Shown here: in pieces, positions 18,322-27,454 of the stretch | How the letters are laid out: every line of letters begins with the position of its first letter | How positions within the stretch are numbered: position 1 is the first letter of the stretch | Origin: Thermodesulfobacteriota bacterium | GTDB lineage: Bacteria; Desulfobacterota; GWC2-55-46; JADFVP01 | Assembly: GCA_046753845.1 (NCBI GenBank) | Contig: JBHHUP010000005.1 | Span: 1-51,473, forward strand | Direction: 5' to 3' | DNA: 51,473 bases | The notes under the pieces: generated by a model | Told to the model about the DNA's origin: nothing | The model's input: only the letters and a program-made list of their open reading frames with translations | Databases searched by the model: none | Made by a program: the position numbers and the translations under genes

Positions 18322-18475
18322 CGGGGTTTGATAAGGTATCAACTGAGAAAAAAACCTCATGTTCCTCTTGTTATCATGGGAATATTATAGATGAAAAAAT
18401 AGCGCTGAGATAAAACAAGGACAGTCCCGCTGCACTGCCCTTGCCTGCTCTCGGCCTATGGGAAGAATAAAGGGA

Positions 18476-18805
18476 TTAGCCTGCGGCCTTATCCACAAGA
18501 TCTGTTATCTGCTTCTTTGGTACAGCTCCCACAACCTGGTCAACTACCTTGCCCTCATTAAAGAGAATGAGCGTTGGTATGCCCCTTACGCCGAATTTAC
18601 CGGGGGTTGCCGGGTTCTCATCAACGTTCATCTTCGCTACCAGGAGTTTACCGTCGTACTCACCGGCAACCTCTTCTACCACGGGAGCTATGGCCCGGCA
18701 TGGTGCGCACCAGCTTGCCCAAAAATCAACGAGCGTCGGTACATCTGCTGATAAAACTATACTCTCGAAATTTGAGTCAGTGACGTGAATAACCTTATCT
18801 GACAT
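18476..18805 (-). CDS. trxA: Thioredoxin
   Basis: VDFWASWCAPCRAIAP, GVRGIPTL; 109 aa. Confidence 0.96.
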   Translation of the reverse strand: MSDKVIHVTDSNFESIVLSADVPTLVDFWASWCAPCRAIAPVVEEVAGEYDGKLLVAKMNVDENPATPGKFGVRGIPTLILFNEGKVVDQVVGAVPKKQITDLVDKAAG

Positions 18806-18866
18806 AGAGAAGTCTCCTTTGAACCTTTTTTACGGCCGTAAAATGAAAATATTGAAGTCTTATTGT

Positions 18867-18895
18867 AATATAGAGAAATGCACATGCACTGTCAA
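18867..18895 (-). promoter_or_regulatory. Sigma70-type promoter for trxA
   Basis: Minus strand TTGACA-17 nt-TATATT. Confidence 0.6.
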
Positions 18896-18939
18896 CCTCT
18901 TATTTCCATCCCTTTGCCATTAAAGCATGCTTAATCCTC

Positions 18940-18968
18940 TTGACATGAAAACCACGAAGATGGACAAT
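18940..18968 (+). promoter_or_regulatory. Sigma70-type promoter for the 89-aa ORF
   Basis: TTGACA-17 nt-GACAAT; ATG 7 nt downstream of the -10 box. Confidence 0.5.
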
Positions 18969-18975
18969 ACAAGGC

Positions 18976-19245
18976 ATGAAAGATGAACTGCTTCTTGAAA
19001 AACTCGAAGAGACGGCCGGCAAGCTCTCCATCAAGGTAGGCTACGAGAACCTCCACAAGGGCGAGGTACGCACCAACGGAGGGATCTTTACCTTAAAAGG
19101 CGAGCAGCGCATACTCATACACAAAAAACTATCCCTGAAAGACCGTGTAGGGGTGCTTCTGCACCTTCTATCCCTCCTTGATACCGAGTCCCTGCACCTA
19201 CCCGATGCCGTAAGAACAAAGATTGAAGGCTCGCGAAAACCTTGA
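18976..19245 (+). CDS. Small hypothetical protein (89 aa)
   Basis: Clean ATG ORF with natural composition (LLEKLEE.A.KL.I.V.YE...GG...LKGE..I.I.K.L) and a promoter-like sequence upstream. Confidence 0.75.
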   Translation: MKDELLLEKLEETAGKLSIKVGYENLHKGEVRTNGGIFTLKGEQRILIHKKLSLKDRVGVLLHLLSLLDTESLHLPDAVRTKIEGSRKP

Positions 19246-19623
19246 ACAGGCTCCTTCTTGCCTCCCGCTCCTTAGGCCTTTACTTAATACATAAAAAATG
19301 ATAAACTTTAATAGATGGTAGTTTGTCCAAATCCCTCCGGGCAGGTTGGACTTACTACAAAAGAGCTGAGGGCCTATGCCGCCAAAGGGGGCAGAAACTC
19401 AGACTTCGGCGTACAAAAAGTGTACTCCCCTGTCTATAATGTCTTGGTGTGTAAGCATCTTTGCCATCATCAGAGCAGTAACTCAGCTTAAACTCAAGAG
19501 AATCAAGGGCCGAATATGTGCAGAACACCACATTTATTCCCGGCGATATAGATTGTACAAACATTTTCTTAAGAACAACGCCTATATATGCGCGTTTGGA
19601 TTAAACCCCTGGAGACATAAGTA

Positions 19624-21366
19624 ATGACTAAGAAAAAAACCCCTTATATGAAAACAACCTTTTTCCTATTGTTTGTCATGCTTATCTCCTCTTTCATCTT
19701 CACCTCCGCCTCTTCCGCCGGCGGCATGAATCTCAGCGGCAGGGACGAGACCATGGTGCAAAGGGGTAAGGTCTACTACTACTACATGACCGCTCATACC
19801 CTTAAAGAAAACGGGTACACTAAAGACGCCCTTGAGCTCTACAAAAAAGCCCTTGAAATAGACGCCGACTCCACGGTGCTCCACGATGAGACAGCTGAAC
19901 TGTATCTTCGCCTCGGCAATTATGCCCTGGCTAAGGAACACCTCTTTGCCTCCATTAAAAAAGATGACACCAAATCACACACTCACGTACTTCTCGCCGA
20001 GCTGTACACCATTATAAAAGAGAACGATAAAGCGGCCAAGAGCTACAACAAGGCCATAAAACTTGACCCCGATAACCAGAGCATCTATCTCTACCTCGCT
20101 ACTTTCTACGCAAGGATTAACGAGTCTGATAAAGGCATCAACGTCCTTAAGGGTCTGCTTAAAAAGAATCCCGAGTCTATAATGGCATACTATTACATGG
20201 CCAAGATAGAGGTGAAGAGAGACAGACTCGCCATGGCGGAAAAATATTACAATAAGACGCTCTCAATTAGCAGTACCTTTGCTCCGGCATACTCCGAGCT
20301 CGCCATGACCTACGAGGCCGATAAAAAACCGGAACTCGCCGAGAAGACCTACAGAAAGGCCATCTCCATACTGCAGTCCCCGAAAGACTTTATGTCCAGA
20401 CTCGGATCCCTTCTCTTAAAGCAGAACAAGATGGAAGAGGCCCTTAAGATATACGCACAGCTGGAAAAATACAGCAGCACCCGGTACGGGGCCATGGCCA
20501 AGATAGGTCTGATACGCTTTGAGCAAAAAGACTTTGACGGCTCCATAAAAAAATTCAGCGAGCTGCTTGATGAGAACCCCAGGCTAAACAAAATACGGTA
20601 CTATCTCGCGACGAGCTATGAGGCAAAAGGGAACCTTGACAGGGCCATTGAGGAGTTCTCGCGCATACCCGATGATGACTCAAGCTACGTAGACTCCAAG
20701 GTGCACCTCGCGTATATGTTTGAGCAGCAGGGCAAGAGAGACAAATCCATTAAAGAGCTAAAAGACGCCCTAGCCGTTAAAAAAAATGACCCCGAGCTCA
20801 TTAACCTCATTGTTACGGTATTAAGAGAATCAGATAAATCAGCTGAGGCCATCTCTATCATTAACGAGGCCATTAGCCGGGACCCGCAGAACGCCGAGTT
20901 TTACTTTACCCTCGGCGTCATCTACGATGATCTGGGCAAGGATAAACTCGTATTTGGCGCCATGGAAAAAGCCATCGAGCTGGACCCGCGCCACAGTAAA
21001 GCCCTGAACTACATGGGGTACAGCTACGCGGAGCGGGGCATTGAGCTGGATAAGGCGGAGAAATACCTCAAAAGGGCCCTTGAGATAAAACCCGGAAACG
21101 GCTACTACCTTGACAGCCTGGGATGGATCTACTACAAAAAAGGCGATTACGATACGGCCATTAGAAATCTCGCCGAGGCGGTGAAGCTGCTCCCCGAGGA
21201 CCCCCTTATAGTAGAACACCTCGGAGACGCCTACCTTAAAAAGAATCTCAAGGAAAAGGCCCTCACCTTTTATAAAAACGCATCGAACCTTAACACTAAA
21301 AATAAAGGAATTAAGACAAAGATAGAGGCGCTTAAAAAAACAATACCCGCGGCAAGAGCAAGATAA
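19624..21366 (+). CDS. Exported multi-TPR protein
   Basis: N-terminal hydrophobic signal, many TPRs, C-terminal ALNYMGYSYAE and YLDSLGWIYYK..EHLGDAY, typical of the TPR gene preceding lolB-like genes. Confidence 0.9.
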   Translation: MTKKKTPYMKTTFFLLFVMLISSFIFTSASSAGGMNLSGRDETMVQRGKVYYYYMTAHTLKENGYTKDALELYKKALEIDADSTVLHDETAELYLRLGNYALAKEHLFASIKKDDTKSHTHVLLAELYTIIKENDKAAKSYNKAIKLDPDNQSIYLYLATFYARINESDKGINVLKGLLKKNPESIMAYYYMAKIEVKRDRLAMAEKYYNKTLSISSTFAPAYSELAMTYEADKKPELAEKTYRKAISILQSPKDFMSRLGSLLLKQNKMEEALKIYAQLEKYSSTRYGAMAKIGLIRFEQKDFDGSIKKFSELLDENPRLNKIRYYLATSYEAKGNLDRAIEEFSRIPDDDSSYVDSKVHLAYMFEQQGKRDKSIKELKDALAVKKNDPELINLIVTVLRESDKSAEAISIINEAISRDPQNAEFYFTLGVIYDDLGKDKLVFGAMEKAIELDPRHSKALNYMGYSYAERGIELDKAEKYLKRALEIKPGNGYYLDSLGWIYYKKGDYDTAIRNLAEAVKLLPEDPLIVEHLGDAYLKKNLKEKALTFYKNASNLNTKNKGIKTKIEALKKTIPAARAR

Positions 21367-21370
21367 AGGC

Positions 21371-21985
21371 ATGAGACATCGCTGCCGGGTACTCGCGATT
21401 ATCCCCGTCATTTTTCTTGCCGTTGGCTGCGCGGGGAGGGATAATCAGCTTAAGCTTAACCCTCAAGAGAGCATAAAGACATTAAAGGCAACGGCCATTG
21501 TAGAGTTTACAAATATCAAGACGGAAAAAGGCCGTGCCCTTATCACGGTAAATACACCGGACTCCTTCAGGATTGAGATAAAAGGCCCCCTCGGAGTTAC
21601 AACGGCGCTTATCTCAGGCAACGGTGATAGTATTACATTCCTCTACAGAGGAGAGAGTACTACATACAAGGCCGGCGACGCGCGCCTGCCTCTCAGGATA
21701 AGGGCCGCAGAACTCGTATCAATGCTACTCGGAGCCGAAGACTTTCCGCCTCGTAATGACCGGAGCTTTACAACAGAAAACCTGCCCAATGGCAGAAGCA
21801 TCACCAGACGTTTTGATAATGACCTGCTCTACATGGCCTACATGAGTGACTACCGGCCCGTCGCAGGCGCCTCTCTTCCCTACACCATATCCATAGAGGG
21901 CAGGGGTTATAAACTACTTATAAAATATATAAATGTGGATTTAAAAACTGTAACAAAAAATTCTTATTTTAAAACAACACGTTGA
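21371..21985 (+). CDS. LolB/LolA-fold-like lipoprotein
   Basis: Lipobox LAVGC; PDSFRIEIKGPLG motif; C-terminal YRPVAG.SLPY.I; follows the TPR gene. Confidence 0.6.
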   Translation: MRHRCRVLAIIPVIFLAVGCAGRDNQLKLNPQESIKTLKATAIVEFTNIKTEKGRALITVNTPDSFRIEIKGPLGVTTALISGNGDSITFLYRGESTTYKAGDARLPLRIRAAELVSMLLGAEDFPPRNDRSFTTENLPNGRSITRRFDNDLLYMAYMSDYRPVAGASLPYTISIEGRGYKLLIKYINVDLKTVTKNSYFKTTR

Positions 21986-22004
21986 CTCAAAAAAACTTTC
22001 AAAG

Positions 22005-22033
22005 TTGACTATCAGGATTCTTTGTGATATAAA
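22005..22033 (+). promoter_or_regulatory. Sigma70-type promoter for carD
   Basis: TTGACT-17 nt-TATAAA. Confidence 0.55.
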
Positions 22034-22086
22034 TAACATACTCAAACAAGACCGCTCGAGAAAAGCCCCACAAAAAAAGGAACTTC

Positions 22087-22599
22087 ATGTCAAAGGAAAT
22101 AAGTCAGTCATTTAAAGCCGGTGACCTGGCCGTATACCCCGCTCATGGCGTGGGCAAAGTCATCGGAGTGGAGACCCGTGAGGTCTCCGGTATTGGAACC
22201 TGTTTTTACATCATCAAAGTCCTTGATACAGACGCAACTATCATGGTTCCCGTGCAAAACGCAAACCACGTGGGACTTAGAAAAATTATGAACAAGAGCC
22301 AGGTGCCGCAGGTATACGCCATCCTGCAAGACCGCGATGATAGCACAGCAGATACCCAGACATGGAACAGGCGTTACCGGGAATATACAGAAAAAATTAA
22401 AAGCGGCAGCGTCATGGAGCTCGCCAAGGTATTAAGAGACCTCTACATCCTCAAATTCGATAAAGAACTCTCCTTTGGTGAGAGAAAAATGTTCGATACT
22501 GCAAAGACATTACTTGTAAAAGAACTATCAGTAGCGCAAAAGACCAACGAAGATACCATCGAAGAAGAACTATACAGCCTCCTGAAAACCGAATCCTAA
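22087..22599 (+). CDS. carD: CarD/CdnL-family RNA polymerase-binding transcription factor
   Basis: FKAGD.AVYPAHGVG, IMVPV...VGLR, TWNRRYREY.EKIKSG, LSFGERKM. Confidence 0.95.
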   Translation: MSKEISQSFKAGDLAVYPAHGVGKVIGVETREVSGIGTCFYIIKVLDTDATIMVPVQNANHVGLRKIMNKSQVPQVYAILQDRDDSTADTQTWNRRYREYTEKIKSGSVMELAKVLRDLYILKFDKELSFGERKMFDTAKTLLVKELSVAQKTNEDTIEEELYSLLKTES

Positions 22600-22671
22600 G
22601 GGGCCTATAAAGGGGGCCGAAATAAGGGGCAGATATAAGGGGGAGGTATAAGGGGGAGGTATAAGGGGGAG
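22597..22671 (+). repeat. Tandem 13-bp repeat TATAAGGGGGAGG (about 3 exact plus 3 degenerate units)
   Basis: Exact units at 22634 and 22647, a 12/13 unit at 22660, and degenerate TAAGGGG units from the carD stop codon onward. Confidence 0.85.
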
Positions 22672-22912
22672 AAAAACGGGGCCGTGGCGTATTAAAGAGG
22701 CCGGGGTATATTTACGGGGCGGACTTACAACGGGGCGAAACAACCTGAAAGATTAATTAGGCGGACTTTACAAGAGGGCGCCCTGCAACAGACAAAGTAA
22801 TAAGATGCATTAATACAATAGATAGAGACAAAGACCTCCTTTCTGCCATGCCTGTTCACAAAACATGAGGCAAACTCTCTAATAAAAAAATCTAATATAA
22901 TCATATTTATTC

Positions 22913-22944
22913 AAACCGGTTTCCTCATAAGGAACCGGTTTTTT
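22913..22944 (+). terminator. Intrinsic terminator-like hairpin
   Basis: AAACCGGTT(T)CCT-CATA-AGGAACCGGTTT followed by Ts. Confidence 0.6.
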
Positions 22945-23152
22945 AACTCAGAGAGACCCTCAAGCTACTAAGTCAAGTTTTCAAATAATGGCGTTTTTGA
23001 ACAAAAAGGCCACTTTTTTGCTTAAAAAGGGCTCTTTTATAACATAAACGTAAAAACATTGATATTACCCTCTCTCCCTCCGTGGAAGAGTTTATTTTTT
23101 ACAAAAAGCATCGTATTTTTTTAAGTTTTTGCCAAAAATGGCCCGATTATAC

Positions 23153-23926
23153 ATGAAAACATCAGTATCCTCTGAAAAACCACTAAAAACCCTGGTCATA
23201 ATACCGGCCGCAGGCCGCGGAGTGCGCATGGGCGGAGAGAATAAACTTCTCCTCCCCCTGCTTGGGGCTCCCATTCTACTGCGAAGCATTCGGGCCTTTC
23301 AAGACTCTCCGCTTATCACAGCCATTACCCTGGCGGTCTCAGATGATACCGCCGAATTCTGTAAAAACCATATTCAAGACCGCCCTGAATTCACCAAGGT
23401 AAAAAAACTTGTACCCGGCGGTCCTACGCGTCAGGACTCAGTCTACAACGCCCTTAAGAAGACGACCCTTTACTATGACATTATCCTTGTCCACGACGGC
23501 GCGCGCCCCCTTGTGACCTCATCCATCATTACCGCCGCCATTAAACAAGCCGCATGCCACGGAGCGGCCGTACCCGTTGTTGAGGTAAAGGACACTATTA
23601 AAGAAGTCTCTGAGGGGGTTATAAAAAACACGCCCCTTAGAAGTTCCCTCCGTGCCGTGCAGACGCCGCAGGCATTCAAGAGTGATCTACTCATGGGGGC
23701 CTTTGAAGCTGCGGTTAAAGAAAATTTTACAGGTACAGACGAGGCCTCCCTCCTTGAACGCATCGCCATACCGGTATGTACATTCGCCGGTTCATACGAG
23801 AATATAAAGATAACAACACCTGAAGACATGCTCATAGCCGAGTCCATCCTGCAAAGAAGGGCCTCAGAAAAGGATAGCCCAGATAAGAGTACCGCCGCTG
23901 CCCCCGAAAAGGACAAAAAAGGTTGA
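23153..23926 (+). CDS. ispD: 2-C-methyl-D-erythritol 4-phosphate cytidylyltransferase (start uncertain, 23129-23153)
   Basis: IPAAGRGVRM, GGPTRQDSV, VHDGARP, QTPQAF, TDEASL, NIKITTPED. Confidence 0.96.
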   Translation: MKTSVSSEKPLKTLVIIPAAGRGVRMGGENKLLLPLLGAPILLRSIRAFQDSPLITAITLAVSDDTAEFCKNHIQDRPEFTKVKKLVPGGPTRQDSVYNALKKTTLYYDIILVHDGARPLVTSSIITAAIKQAACHGAAVPVVEVKDTIKEVSEGVIKNTPLRSSLRAVQTPQAFKSDLLMGAFEAAVKENFTGTDEASLLERIAIPVCTFAGSYENIKITTPEDMLIAESILQRRASEKDSPDKSTAAAPEKDKKG

Positions 23927-23960
23927 AAGCCCGCCCCCCATATTGTATCTTGATAGGGCT

Positions 23961-24443
23961 ATGAGAATAGGTTTTGGTTACGATGTTCACAGGTTCACCG
24001 CGAATAGGCCGCTCGTACTCGGAGGTCTTACCGTACCCTTTACACATGGGCTAAGAGGTCATTCCGATGCCGACGTACTGCTGCACGCGATAATCGACGC
24101 CCTCCTCGGAGCCGCATCTTTAGGGGATATCGGTCTGCATTTTCCTCCCGATGACCCGGCCTACAAAGGCATCCTAAGCCTCACCCTCCTTGCCAGGACA
24201 GCCGAGGCCCTTAATGAAAAAGGCTACGCCCTCTCCAACCTCGACTCTACAATTGTATGCGAGGCCCCAAAGCTCATTGACCATATACCTGCCATGCGGG
24301 CTAATATCACACGTACCCTTGCCTGCGCCGAGGATCAGATAAATATTAAAGCAACTACTGAAGAAGGCCTTGGCTTTACCGGAAACGGTGAGGGCATGGC
24401 CGCCTATGCCGTGGCCCTTATAGAGAAGAGTACAAGACCGTGA
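23961..24443 (+). CDS. ispF: 2-C-methyl-D-erythritol 2,4-cyclodiphosphate synthase
   Basis: MRIGFGYDVH, GHSDADVLLHA..DALLGA, GDIG.HFP, KATTEE.LGF. Confidence 0.97.
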   Translation: MRIGFGYDVHRFTANRPLVLGGLTVPFTHGLRGHSDADVLLHAIIDALLGAASLGDIGLHFPPDDPAYKGILSLTLLARTAEALNEKGYALSNLDSTIVCEAPKLIDHIPAMRANITRTLACAEDQINIKATTEEGLGFTGNGEGMAAYAVALIEKSTRP

Positions 24444-25828
24444 AGGTACGGACCCGTTTCGCGCCGAGCCCCACAGGACTCTTGCACGTGGGAGGGGTAA
24501 GAACGGCCCTCTTCAACTACCTCTTCGCAAAAAATAAGGGCGGGACCTTTGTCCTCAGGATGGAAGATACGGATAAAGCGCGTTCAAGGCCTGAGTTCGA
24601 GAATGCCTTAATGGCCGATATGCTGTGGCTCGGTCTAAAGTGGGACGAAGGCCCTGGGATGAGTACCGGCGAGTACGGCCCGTACAGACAGTCCGAGCGA
24701 GGTGGTCTTTACAAAAGGTTGGCGGAAAAGCTCCTTGAAAGAGGTCTCGCCTACAGATGCCGCTGCACAAAGGAACGACTGAAAAAACTAAGTGAAGAGC
24801 AGGCAAAGGCAGGAGCGCCACCGCGCTATGACGGAAGATGCCGTGAGCTGAGAGGAGTGCCTCTGGAGACTGAGTCTGTACTGCGTTTTATTATCCCTGA
24901 TAAAGAGGTAGCCTTTACCGACCTCGTACACGGCCCCCTCGCCTTTGACAAGAAGGCATTCGGGGATTTTATTATTCAGACCCCCCACGGCGAGGCCACT
25001 TATAACTTCGCCTCTGCCGTTGATGACGGCCTAATGAAGATCTCACATGTAATACGTGGCGACGACCACCTCTCAAACACACCGAGGCATATACTCCTTA
25101 TGGAGGCCATGGGCTTCACGCCCCCCCTCTATGCCCACGTGCCCCTTGTCCTCGGGCCGGACCGTAAACCCCTTGGCAAGAGAGACGCCGGAGCGGGGAT
25201 TAAAGAGCTCAGAGAGGCAGGGTACCTGCCCGAGGCCCTCCTTAACGCCGCGGCAAGGCTGGGCTGGGCGCCGGGAGATGATTCCATCACACTTACTGAA
25301 ATGGCCGCGTCCTTCTCTATAAACAAACTCTCCGTAAGTCCGTCTATCTTTGAACCCGCTCTCTTAAAAGGCCTTAACAAAAAGGCCCTCTCTAATATGA
25401 GTACCGGGGAGGTTATAAAACTCGCCCATCTGCAGGACCTTACTGAAGATAAAAAAATTCTTCACACTGCCGTAGAGGCGATAGCCGGTACGGCCTCTAC
25501 GCTAAGAGAGTTAGAAACCCTCGTAAGACCTTTTCTCAAAGGCCCTGTTATTACCCCTGAGGCCGCCGCGCTCATCAATACCAGCGATGGCAGGGCCCTC
25601 CTGGCGGCTCTTATGGAGGAGCTCGATAATGGCGTACATACTTATGATGACCTTATAAAAAAGGCAAGAGAAAAGACAGACTTTAGGGGCCGCGCCTTAT
25701 TTATGCCCCTTAGATGCGCCCTAACCGGAGCTGCCACGGGGATAGAGCTGAAAAAGATATTTAATATACTCGGAGCTGGTGAAGTCTCCAGGAGAATTAA
25801 AGCTGCCCTTGCTATCAGTAAAGCCTGA
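24440..25828 (+). CDS. gltX: Glutamyl-tRNA synthetase (divergent KMSKS loop)
   Basis: RFAPSPTGLLHVGG, LRMEDTD, PYRQSER, YNFASAVDD..MKISHVIRGDDH; C-terminal anticodon domain (LFMPLRCALTG). Confidence 0.9.
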   Translation: MKVRTRFAPSPTGLLHVGGVRTALFNYLFAKNKGGTFVLRMEDTDKARSRPEFENALMADMLWLGLKWDEGPGMSTGEYGPYRQSERGGLYKRLAEKLLERGLAYRCRCTKERLKKLSEEQAKAGAPPRYDGRCRELRGVPLETESVLRFIIPDKEVAFTDLVHGPLAFDKKAFGDFIIQTPHGEATYNFASAVDDGLMKISHVIRGDDHLSNTPRHILLMEAMGFTPPLYAHVPLVLGPDRKPLGKRDAGAGIKELREAGYLPEALLNAAARLGWAPGDDSITLTEMAASFSINKLSVSPSIFEPALLKGLNKKALSNMSTGEVIKLAHLQDLTEDKKILHTAVEAIAGTASTLRELETLVRPFLKGPVITPEAAALINTSDGRALLAALMEELDNGVHTYDDLIKKAREKTDFRGRALFMPLRCALTGAATGIELKKIFNILGAGEVSRRIKAALAISKA

Positions 25829-25918
25829 GGCGAAACTTCGGAATTAAGAGATTGGTAGAGGGCAACACTCAACACCCCCTGCCGGGGCTAAAAAAACCAA
25901 AAACCACAAAGAGGTCAC

Positions 25919-27376
25919 ATGGGACTTAAAGTTTTCAACTCACTCTCAAGACAAAAAGAAGAGTTCGTACCTGCCGAAGAAGGCAGGGTCAGGATGTATG
26001 TCTGCGGCCCCACGGTCTATGCCCCCGCTCATATAGGACACGCCAGAAGCGCCGTATCCTTTGACGTAATTTACCGCTACCTGAAGTACAGAGGATATGA
26101 GGTCACCTACGCGCGCAACTACACTGATGTTGATGACAAGATCATCGCCCGAGCAAATGAACTTGGGCTTGAATCCGCTAAACTCGCCGAAGATAACATA
26201 GAGGCATTTGACTCTGATATGGGGGCCCTTGGCGTGCTGCTGCCTCCCATAAGGCCAAAGGCCACGGAGACCATGGCCGAGATTATAGAGCTCGCCGGGG
26301 ACCTCATCAAAAAAGGATTCGCCTATGAGCTCGAGGGAGACGTTTATTTTGCCGTACGGAAACTCGATGATTACGGCAAGCTCTCAGGCAAGAACATCGA
26401 CGACCTCGAGGCAGGCGCCCGTGTGGACGTGGACTCAAGAAAGAGAGACCCACTGGATTTCGCGCTCTGGAAGGCCGCTAAAGAGGGCGAGCCATCGTGG
26501 GAAAGCCCCTGGGGCAGAGGACGCCCGGGGTGGCATATTGAGTGCTCCTGCATGTGCATGAAGTGGCTCGGCAAGACAATCGACATACACGGCGGCGGAA
26601 AGGACTTAATCTTTCCTCACCATGAGAATGAGATAGCCCAGAGCGAGGCGGCTACGGGCCAAAAACCCTTTGTCAAGTACTGGCTCCACAACGGATTTGT
26701 AAATATCGATAAGGTGAAGATGAGTAAATCTCTTGGCAACATACTTAATATTCACGATGCCCTTGGCTCCACCACCGGCGAGGCCATAAGGTTTTTCCTG
26801 CTCTCAAATCATTACCGCTCACCTGTGGATTACAGCGCCGAGTCGCTTAAAGAGGCCGGTGCGGCCATGGAGAGATTTTATAAGACAGTTGAGAGGATTC
26901 ACATTGAGGGCGGCCCCAATGTAAAGAAGGCTCCAGAAGAAGGTAACCTTAAAAAACGACTCGCGCCCGTCATAGAGGCCATGGACGATGACTTCAACAC
27001 CGCCGGTCTCATAGGTCTGCTATTTAAGGAGATAACACGTGCCAACCGTATACTTGATAATATCAGGGACAATGATGCCGACGGATCCGTGGAGGAGAAC
27101 CAGAGAGAACTTGCTTTGATACTCACCCTCTTTAAAGAGGCGGGCAGCTTTTTAGGGCTCTTTACAACAGAGGCTGAGTCTTACCTTAATCAGAAAAAGG
27201 ATGCCTCTAAAGTTGATGCCCAAGAGATAGAGCTGCTTATAGAAGAAAGAAAAAAGGCGAGGCAGAATAAAGACTTTAAGAAGGCCGATGAGATACGGAA
27301 AAGCCTTCTTGAGCAGGGTATTGAGCTTGAAGATAACCGCGAGGGCACACGCTGGAGTCTAAAGACAGATGCTTAA
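25919..27376 (+). CDS. cysS: Cysteinyl-tRNA synthetase
   Basis: MYVCGPTVY..AHIGH, DFALWK, GRPGWHIECS, DLIFPHHENE, KMSKS. Confidence 0.98.
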   Translation: MGLKVFNSLSRQKEEFVPAEEGRVRMYVCGPTVYAPAHIGHARSAVSFDVIYRYLKYRGYEVTYARNYTDVDDKIIARANELGLESAKLAEDNIEAFDSDMGALGVLLPPIRPKATETMAEIIELAGDLIKKGFAYELEGDVYFAVRKLDDYGKLSGKNIDDLEAGARVDVDSRKRDPLDFALWKAAKEGEPSWESPWGRGRPGWHIECSCMCMKWLGKTIDIHGGGKDLIFPHHENEIAQSEAATGQKPFVKYWLHNGFVNIDKVKMSKSLGNILNIHDALGSTTGEAIRFFLLSNHYRSPVDYSAESLKEAGAAMERFYKTVERIHIEGGPNVKKAPEEGNLKKRLAPVIEAMDDDFNTAGLIGLLFKEITRANRILDNIRDNDADGSVEENQRELALILTLFKEAGSFLGLFTTEAESYLNQKKDASKVDAQEIELLIEERKKARQNKDFKKADEIRKSLLEQGIELEDNREGTRWSLKTDA

Positions 27377-27454
27377 ACTCTTATACCGGCTGTGAACTTA
27401 AATTAAGAAAGAAGAAATAATAGCAGGGGGGGGGACAGATAGAGGGTAAAACTC

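Noticed and set aside
22597-22780. Possible CRISPR array
   Set aside because: The units are 13 bp and directly tandem, with no unique spacers and no cas genes.
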